This document shows positions 16,928 to 23,319 of a DNA stretch of 32,000 nucleotides, piece by piece. Positions within the stretch are counted from its first letter, which is position 1, and each line of letters starts with the position of its first letter. The position numbers and the translations under genes are program-made. The DNA is from Pseudoalteromonas tetraodonis (lineage in GTDB: Bacteria > Pseudomonadota > Gammaproteobacteria > Enterobacterales > Alteromonadaceae): positions 2,100,001 through 2,132,000 of the forward strand of contig NZ_CP011041.1 of assembly GCF_002310835.1 (NCBI RefSeq), written 5' to 3'. The notes under the pieces are model-generated. The model worked only from the letters and a program-made list of their open reading frames with translations. It was not told where the DNA came from and ran no database searches.

Positions 16928-18303
16928 TGACTACACTCCTGTAATGCTTGACTGCTTAACGCTTCAATTTCTTTCATAAACCACTTATAGGCTACAAGGG
17001 CTGTGAATAAATTACCAATGGCCGCGCCAATAAACAAGCCGATTAAACCTGCCAGTTCATTCCCGATATACGCAAAGGGAACATAAAAAATAAATAACCG
17101 AATTACGCTCAAAACTAAGGCGTTCATGGGTTTGTGTAAAGCGTTAAACGAGGAGTTGGATAAAATGATCACTCCTTGCAAGCCATAACTTAATGGGATG
17201 GTATAAATAAACAGTTTTATGACATCAACAACGGCTTGCTCCTTACCAAATATTTCACTGATGACGCCTGAGAACATAATTAATAAAATATAAATAACAA
17301 ACTGCCATAACATCACAAATTTTAAGGTTCCTAGGTAGGCATCCTTTACGCGAAAAAAATGACTGGCTCCAAAGTTTTGACTAATAAAAGGTGGCAAAGT
17401 CATCGATAATGCTAATACCACCAAACTCGCTATTGATTCTATTCGACTCCCTACTCCAAAAGCAGCCACAGCCTCTGGACCATGATGTGCAACCAATGCT
17501 GTCATTACTGCCATAGCAACCGGTGTTAGCATGTTAGCACCTGCTGCGGGTAAGCCTATTTTTAATATTTTACGAATAGCTCCAATAACCGTTTGCGACC
17601 CTGCTTTTAAACTCAATAAGCGCTTTTTAGCAATTAATAAGTATAAAATAATTGCCACAGCAACTGCCCATGCTATAACACTGGCGATGGCGGCTCCTTT
17701 AATGCCAAACGCAGGAATGGGGCCAAAACCAAAAATAAGTACAGGATCGAGTACCGCATTGATAAGCCCCGCTCCACCCATAATAATACTCGGTGTTTTA
17801 GTATCGCCACTGGCACGCAGTACAGAATTACCAATCATCGGGGTAATTAAAAATACACTGCCTAAAAACCAAATACTGATATATTCATGAATGAGCGGTA
17901 ATACTTGCTCCCCAGCTCCGAGTAAAGTAAAAATAGGATCAATTAATAAATAGCCACACGCAGATAAAACCAACACTAATACCACCGCAATCAACAACGA
18001 TATACTGGCATCAAAACGCGCTTCTTCAATATTGTTACTGCCTAATGCTTTTGCTATTACCGCTGAGGTACCTATGCCTAAACCAATCGCTAAACTAATA
18101 ACGGTAAAAGTGACGGGAAATGTAAAGCTCACTGCAGCAAGCGGCTCAGTACCCAATAAGCTAATGAAAAAAGTATCAACTATGTTGAACATCATTAGGG
18201 TGATCATCCCAAAGATCATCGGAATGGTCATTTTCTTTAATGTAGGCAAGATTGGGGCGGTGAGTAAATCAGGGCGAGTATGTGATTGAGAATGTGCGCG
18301 CAT
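16924..18303 (-). CDS. MATE family efflux transporter
   Basis: 459 aa with about 12 TM segments. The N-terminal [27 protein letters not shown] and repeated-half topology are typical of MATE/NorM-type proteins. Confidence 0.85.
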   Translation of the reverse strand: MRAHSQSHTRPDLLTAPILPTLKKMTIPMIFGMITLMMFNIVDTFFISLLGTEPLAAVSFTFPVTFTVISLAIGLGIGTSAVIAKALGSNNIEEARFDASISLLIAVVLVLVLSACGYLLIDPIFTLLGAGEQVLPLIHEYISIWFLGSVFLITPMIGNSVLRASGDTKTPSIIMGGAGLINAVLDPVLIFGFGPIPAFGIKGAAIASVIAWAVAVAIILYLLIAKKRLLSLKAGSQTVIGAIRKILKIGLPAAGANMLTPVAMAVMTALVAHHGPEAVAAFGVGSRIESIASLVVLALSMTLPPFISQNFGASHFFRVKDAYLGTLKFVMLWQFVIYILLIMFSGVISEIFGKEQAVVDVIKLFIYTIPLSYGLQGVIILSNSSFNALHKPMNALVLSVIRLFIFYVPFAYIGNELAGLIGLFIGAAIGNLFTALVAYKWFMKEIEALSSQALQECSH

Positions 18304-18703
18304 AAAATAAATAAGCCTCTTTTACTGAACGGCATATTTTAAAGCATCCGAGCTGTTCAAGCCATGCTTTATTAAATCTAAACAATTAATTAAACGTTTA
18401 ATCTACAAACTGTTATTTTTATGCCTTTGTAAACAAATTTTGCGCTAACACACTAAAAACCAAATAAAATACATTTATGTAACTTTTGCAACATTTATTT
18501 TTTAGGTTTTGTTGATTTATCACACAGTCAGAGACTGTGTTTTATCGTCACGAAAAATTTTATTTATCGATTAAGTGAGTAACTTAGCTGAATCGTAAGC
18601 TATTGTTTTTAAATGTATAAAAAAAAAGCTTTTAAATACTTGAAATCGTTGTAGCGCCCTACAATGCTGGGGGTGCTGATGTTCTTAAAGTTTCATAAAC
18701 AGA

Positions 18704-18750
18704 GTTATCCACAGAAACCGTGGATAACTCAATCAACCCCACGTTTATAA
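18704..18750. promoter_or_regulatory. DnaA-box cluster: inverted pair of consensus boxes plus a degenerate third box (DARS1-like candidate)
   Basis: TTATCCACA on the + strand (18705-18713) matches the TTATNCACA consensus exactly. TTATCCACG on the - strand (18727-18719) lies 5 nt away. Together they form the palindrome GTTATCCAC-N7-GTGGATAAC. A third box, TTATAAACG on the - strand (18750-18742), has 2 mismatches. The cluster is about 400 bp upstream of the MATE-uvrB operon. Confidence 0.55.
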
Positions 18751-19286
18751 AGGGCTACAACCGAGTGCTAAATTGTCTGATCATTTGGTTTTTTCCGTTA
18801 CCAATATGCAAACAGCATTGTATGCCCCTGTTATGTGTATGAAGGTGATTTTTTCTTAGACTAATATCAGTGAGTAACACACTCAAACAGGTAGCTAACT
18901 CATTGATTGTTTTATTTTTGTACAAAGCATTGCTGCTGCAGTCAAAATTTATATTATGTTTTAGCGCTATTTTAGTTTACGTAACTAATACGCATTTAGT
19001 TCAACCGTTTTAACGTACCAAAAATAAAAAGGAGCCATTTATTTTAAATAAGTTAATTATCGCTTTATAAAAATACAGGAAATAGAACGCGTTTTTGCTA
19101 TTAAAAGCCGTTTTCTTAAATTTTACTCATCACTTTATTAGCTCAAATTACAAACTTCATGCAAATATTACCCTGTTTTTATAAAACAATATCACTGCGC
19201 TTTACTTAAATAGTGTTACAAAACGCGCAGATTGCACATAAAAACAACGAATAGACCTCTTTTTTGAATTTATGATCTTTTATATG

Positions 19287-19315
19287 TTGACACTTTGCTA
19301 TGCGGTCATTAATAT
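19287..19315 (+). promoter_or_regulatory. Sigma-70 promoter of the tRNA-Asn array
   Basis: TTGACA (19287-19292), 17-nt spacer, TAATAT (19310-19315). The upstream flank is AT-rich (UP-like) and a GC-rich discriminator (TTCGCCCCG) follows. The promoter lies about 27 nt before the first tRNA. Confidence 0.6.
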
Positions 19316-19341
19316 TTCGCCCCGTTGAAAGGCAAGACGCT

Positions 19342-19418
19342 TCCCCCTTAGCTCAGTTGGTTAGAGCGACGGACTGTTAATCCGCAGGTCCCCCGTTCGA
19401 GTCGGGGAGGGGGAGCCA
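19342..19418 (+). tRNA. tRNA-Asn (anticodon GUU), copy 1
   Basis: 77-nt cloverleaf folded by hand: acceptor TCCCCCT/AGGGGGA, D arm GCTC-AGTTGGTTA-GAGC, anticodon arm ACGGA-CTGTTAA-TCCGC, T arm CCCCG-TTCGAGT-CGGGG, discriminator G, encoded CCA. It closely resembles E. coli tRNA-Asn. Confidence 0.93.
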
Positions 19419-19439
19419 AGTTTTTCAGCCATAAACGAT

Positions 19440-19516
19440 TCCCCCTTAGCTCAGTTGGTTAGAGCGACGGACTGTTAATCCGCAGGTCCCCCGTTCGAGT
19501 CGGGGAGGGGGAGCCA
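19440..19516 (+). tRNA. tRNA-Asn (GUU), copy 2
   Basis: Identical 77-nt sequence. The spacer to copy 1 is AGTTTTTCAGCCATAAACGAT. Confidence 0.93.
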
Positions 19517-19537
19517 AGTTTTTCAGCCATAAACGAT

Positions 19538-19614
19538 TCCCCCTTAGCTCAGTTGGTTAGAGCGACGGACTGTTAATCCGCAGGTCCCCCGTTCGAGTCG
19601 GGGAGGGGGAGCCA
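19538..19614 (+). tRNA. tRNA-Asn (GUU), copy 3
   Basis: Identical 77-nt sequence. The spacer is identical to the previous one, giving a 98-bp tandem unit. Confidence 0.93.
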
Positions 19615-19635
19615 AGTTTATGTTTATGATGTAGT

Positions 19636-19712
19636 TCCCCCTTAGCTCAGTTGGTTAGAGCGACGGACTGTTAATCCGCAGGTCCCCCGTTCGAGTCGGG
19701 GAGGGGGAGCCA
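19636..19712 (+). tRNA. tRNA-Asn (GUU), copy 4
   Basis: Identical 77-nt sequence with a different 21-nt spacer (AGTTTATGTTTATGATGTAGT). Confidence 0.93.
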
Positions 19713-19735
19713 AATCATGAAAAGTATATTTTAGT

Positions 19736-19812
19736 TCCCCCTTAGCTCAGTTGGTTAGAGCGACGGACTGTTAATCCGCAGGTCCCCCGTTCGAGTCGGG
19801 GAGGGGGAGCCA
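19736..19812 (+). tRNA. tRNA-Asn (GUU), copy 5
   Basis: Identical 77-nt sequence with a 23-nt spacer (AATCATGAAAAGTATATTTTAGT). Confidence 0.93.
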
Positions 19813-19985
19813 ATTTACTACAATCACATAGACATACCCTCCAATTTGCTCTACCATTCTTCTTTTAAAATAAAAACTTTTTTGCTTAAAAAACTAACCA
19901 TTTGATAACTATTGATATCGAGCTATAATTAGTTTAATAATCATGAGGTTGTGTCCTCCCCCATTTGACATAAAAAGATTAAATA

Positions 19986-21929
19986 ATGGCAGCTTTCAAA
20001 AAACTTATTCTTATACAACTGTTAGCTTGGCTGGTACTTGTGTCCGCTGGTAGTTATTTTATTAGCCAAAATTTTGATAATGCCATCGGCAACGCTCAAA
20101 AAAATGCACAAGCGACCGTTGAGCAATACATTAAAAATCTCTCTGCGACAGATATATCAGCAGAAAATCTTAAAAACACGCTTGCAACTAGTGAAACCTT
20201 TTCAAATTTTGTTTTACGTGACTATCAAGGCGTTGAAGTATTTTCGGTTAACAATGCAGTGCAATTACCTTTTATTGCTGAGCTTATTCAATCTAGTAGC
20301 AACTCAGTACGTCCTCAGTACGCCACAAATAATAACGCCGATATAAAAATTGAATTTAAATTAAACATTACTCACTTGGGTGAGCAGTTTCAAACCGCGT
20401 TTTTTGTTATTTTAATTGTTAGCACCCTACTCGCCCTAATACCTATTATATTGATGAAAACTATTGTTAAGCACATTAACGACAATATATGTACGGACGT
20501 TGCTGATGTTATTGATGTATATATCAATCAAAACCAACTAGGTGATGATTTTGCAACTAAAATTGATTCACCTGAGTTAGCTAAGTTGGGGAAAAGTTTA
20601 ATTCCTAGCTTTAATCGTTTATCGCACTTTTTAAAAAGCAAAAACGACAATATAAAAAATGCAGCCCACGATATTAAACGTGAAGCCTACAAAGACGGCG
20701 TTACTGAATTAGGTAATCGCAATATGTTTGTTGATTACTACGAAAAAAATATAGAAAACACCGAAATAAGTACATTTGGCTCTTTAGCACTTGTCCGCTG
20801 TAGTGAGTTACAGTCAATTAATCAAAGTCGAGGCTATCAAAAAGGTGATGAGTACATTAAGTCGGTTGCAGATATCATAGTAAATATCAGTGGTACCTAT
20901 TCCGGCAGTCAAGTTTTTAGAGTAAACAGCTCTGACTTTATAATTATATTGCCGAATACCCCGTTAAAAGAAGCTGAAAAATTTGGTGAAAACTTACAAT
21001 CTCGCTTTACTCAATATATGCAAAACCAAGAGCTTAGCTCGGTTGCAAACACAGGTATTGTGGGGTACGAAAAAGCCAAACCTTTAGGTGAGTTGCTCTC
21101 TATCGTTGATAACGCAATGAGTATGGCGCAATCTAAGCAAGCTAATGCGTGGCATGTGCAGCGCGATACTGATCTTGTTAATAATGTGAGCGCAGGGTTT
21201 GGTAACCAAAACTGGCGTAAAGTGATTAACGAAGTGATCGAGTCTAAAAGTGTCCATTTAGTGATCCAAAATATTATGCCATTAGGTAAAAGCATTAAAG
21301 CCTATGCTGAAATTCAAGCCCGCTTCAAAACAGAAGAAAATCAAGCTTTGCCTACCGCTTCATTTTTAGCAATGGCTGAAAAGCTCGATATGGCAATAGA
21401 AATTGATAAGTTAATTATAGAATCGTCATTAGAAAGAATAAAATCGAGTAATTTATCTGAAAAATACTTTGGCTTAAATATTACCCCTTCAAGTGCGCAC
21501 AGTGACCAATTTATGATTTGGTTAGAGCGTCGTTTGCTTAAAGATACCCATATTGCTTCTAAGTTAATTTTTGAGGTGAGTGAATTTGGTCTGCAACAAA
21601 ACATTAAAGCAAGCAAACGTTTTATTGATATGGTGCATCGCGTTGGAGCCAGAATTACTGTTGAACGCTTTGGTGTAGGACTCACATCATTTAAGTTTTT
21701 CAGAGATTTAAAACCAGACTTTATTAAAATGGATGCAAGTTATACCCGAGGCTTAGAGGATGATAAAAATAATCAGTATTTTATGCGTTTAATGGTCGAC
21801 CTTGCACACCGAATTGGCGTCAGTGTTTTTGCTGAGGGCGTTGAAAGCCAAGAAGAAAAACACATTGTAGAAACGTTATGCCTAGATGGTGTTCAAGGTT
21901 ACTACATTGAAAAGCCCAAAGACATCTAA
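19986..21929 (+). CDS. LapD-like inner-membrane c-di-GMP receptor (periplasmic domain, HAMP-like linker, degenerate GGDEF, degenerate EAL)
   Basis: 647 aa. Two TM segments flank a periplasmic domain of about 120 aa. The GGDEF motif is replaced by RVNSSDF with no RxxD I-site. The EAL domain reads EIQ at the EAL position and ERFG at DDFG, but keeps IKMD, AEGVES and GVQGYY. ERFG, the EAYKDGVTELGNRNMF linker and the overall length resemble my recollection of Pseudomonas LapD (QRFG, about 648 aa). Confidence 0.7.
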   Translation: MAAFKKLILIQLLAWLVLVSAGSYFISQNFDNAIGNAQKNAQATVEQYIKNLSATDISAENLKNTLATSETFSNFVLRDYQGVEVFSVNNAVQLPFIAELIQSSSNSVRPQYATNNNADIKIEFKLNITHLGEQFQTAFFVILIVSTLLALIPIILMKTIVKHINDNICTDVADVIDVYINQNQLGDDFATKIDSPELAKLGKSLIPSFNRLSHFLKSKNDNIKNAAHDIKREAYKDGVTELGNRNMFVDYYEKNIENTEISTFGSLALVRCSELQSINQSRGYQKGDEYIKSVADIIVNISGTYSGSQVFRVNSSDFIIILPNTPLKEAEKFGENLQSRFTQYMQNQELSSVANTGIVGYEKAKPLGELLSIVDNAMSMAQSKQANAWHVQRDTDLVNNVSAGFGNQNWRKVINEVIESKSVHLVIQNIMPLGKSIKAYAEIQARFKTEENQALPTASFLAMAEKLDMAIEIDKLIIESSLERIKSSNLSEKYFGLNITPSSAHSDQFMIWLERRLLKDTHIASKLIFEVSEFGLQQNIKASKRFIDMVHRVGARITVERFGVGLTSFKFFRDLKPDFIKMDASYTRGLEDDKNNQYFMRLMVDLAHRIGVSVFAEGVESQEEKHIVETLCLDGVQGYYIEKPKDI

Positions 21930-21947
21930 CGCCTCTACTCCAATTAA

Positions 21948-21979
21948 CGTAAAAAAGAGCATGTATGCTCTTTTTTACG
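21948..21979. terminator. Rho-independent terminator after the LapD-like gene
   Basis: Palindrome CGTAAAAAAGAGCAT-GT-ATGCTCTTTTTTACG: a GAGC/GCTC core stem with flanking A and T runs. Confidence 0.75.
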
Positions 21980-22173
21980 TTTTAAAGTGTGCTTTTATGA
22001 ATTTTCAGCCGTTAAAATGCTGACAGTTTTTTAATTGCAAAGTCCCTTGATTTTAACCCTTTACAATTAGCCCATTATTTAACGTTGTTTATTTAACTGA
22101 TAATCACTCAACGTGTTGTTAATCACAGTAGAAAAAAGGATAATACACGGGATTTTATTAGCGTGAGGCACAC

Positions 22174-22755
22174 ATGACAGAATACGTCTTGTTATTAATT
22201 GGAACAGTGTTAGTCAACAACTTTGTATTAGTACAATTTTTAGGCCTTTGCCCGTTTATGGGCGTGTCGGGGAAACTTGATACAGCCATAGGTATGTCTT
22301 TGGCAACCACCTTTGTGCTAACGCTTGCCTCTGTGACAAGCTATTTAGTAAATGAGTATATTTTATTACCATTGGATATTACCTATCTGAAAACAATGAG
22401 CTTTATTTTAGTAATAGCTGTTGTTGTACAATTTACTGAAATGGTTGTCAGAAAAACCAGTCCAACGCTTTACCGGTTACTGGGAATATTTTTACCTTTA
22501 ATAACCACCAACTGTGCGGTACTTGGTGTTGCTTTATTAAATATCAAAGAAGATCACACGTTTTTACAATCGGCCGTTTATGGCTTTGGTGCTGCGGTGG
22601 GTTTTTCATTAGTATTGGTTTTATTTGCTGCATTGCGCGAACGTTTAGCCGCAGCAGACGTACCAACCCCATTTAAAGGTGCCTCAATCGCAATGATAAC
22701 GGCAGGTTTAATGTCAATGGCCTTCATGGGTTTTACTGGATTAGTGAAGTTTTAA
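22174..22755 (+). CDS. rnfA: Rnf/Rsx electron transport complex subunit A
   Basis: 193 aa; [32 protein letters not shown] is canonical RnfA. It is the first gene of a contiguous rnfABCDGE cluster. Confidence 0.95.
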   Translation: MTEYVLLLIGTVLVNNFVLVQFLGLCPFMGVSGKLDTAIGMSLATTFVLTLASVTSYLVNEYILLPLDITYLKTMSFILVIAVVVQFTEMVVRKTSPTLYRLLGIFLPLITTNCAVLGVALLNIKEDHTFLQSAVYGFGAAVGFSLVLVLFAALRERLAAADVPTPFKGASIAMITAGLMSMAFMGFTGLVKF

Positions 22756-22756
22756 T

Positions 22757-23311
22757 ATGACCTTGTTGTACGCTTTAATAGCGCTGGGTTTGCTGGCGTT
22801 AATTTTCGGATTAATTTTAGGGTTTGCAGCAGTACGCTTTCGAGTAGAAGGTAATCCTGTTGTAGAACAAATCGACACCATTTTACCGCAAACACAATGC
22901 GGCCAATGTGGTTACCCTGGCTGTCGTCCTTATGCAGAAGCCATTGCCAATGGCGATGAAATAAATAAATGCCCTCCAGGTGGTGAAGCGACCGTTAAAA
23001 AGCTAGCTGATTTAATGGGGGTTGAGGCTAACCCCCTCGCTGGCGGCGAACAAGCAGATCCGGTTAAAACAGTGGCGTATATCCGCGAAGATGAATGTAT
23101 TGGCTGTACTAAATGTATTCAAGCCTGCCCTGTTGATGCGATTGTGGGTGCAACACGTCAAATGCATACCGTTCTAATTGACGAATGCACTGGCTGCGAT
23201 TTGTGCGTTGAACCTTGTCCGGTCGATTGTATTGACATGCTACCTGTTGCACCAACAAAACAAACCTGGAAATGGCAATTAGACGCTATTCCTGTTACCC
23301 AAATAGATTAG
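22757..23311 (+). CDS. rnfB: Rnf complex subunit B (Fe-S)
   Basis: N-terminal TM segment, [15 protein letters not shown] motif, and two CxxCxxCxxxCP ferredoxin motifs. Confidence 0.95.
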   Translation: MTLLYALIALGLLALIFGLILGFAAVRFRVEGNPVVEQIDTILPQTQCGQCGYPGCRPYAEAIANGDEINKCPPGGEATVKKLADLMGVEANPLAGGEQADPVKTVAYIREDECIGCTKCIQACPVDAIVGATRQMHTVLIDECTGCDLCVEPCPVDCIDMLPVAPTKQTWKWQLDAIPVTQID

Positions 23312-23319
23312 AGGTTTGA

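Noticed and set aside
16928-18700. LexA/SOS box (CTGT-N8-ACAG) controlling uvrB
   Set aside because: I checked every CTG-N10-CAG candidate I could spot in the MATE 3' end and the upstream spacer, and none fits. The ACAGTC-AGA-GACTGT palindrome at 18522-18540 has the wrong polarity and spacing. A matrix scan could still find a degenerate site.
18304-19341. CsrB-like, tmRNA, RNase P or other known structured RNA in the long spacer
   Set aside because: I see no clustering of GGA-loop hairpins, no tRNA-like end and no conserved motifs of these RNAs. The region is left as unexplained non-coding sequence.
19342-19812. Regular repeat-spacer pattern (77-nt repeats, 21-23-nt spacers) that could superficially look like a CRISPR array
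   Set aside because: The repeats fold into complete tRNA-Asn cloverleaves with encoded CCA. The spacers are too short, two of them are identical, and no cas genes are present.
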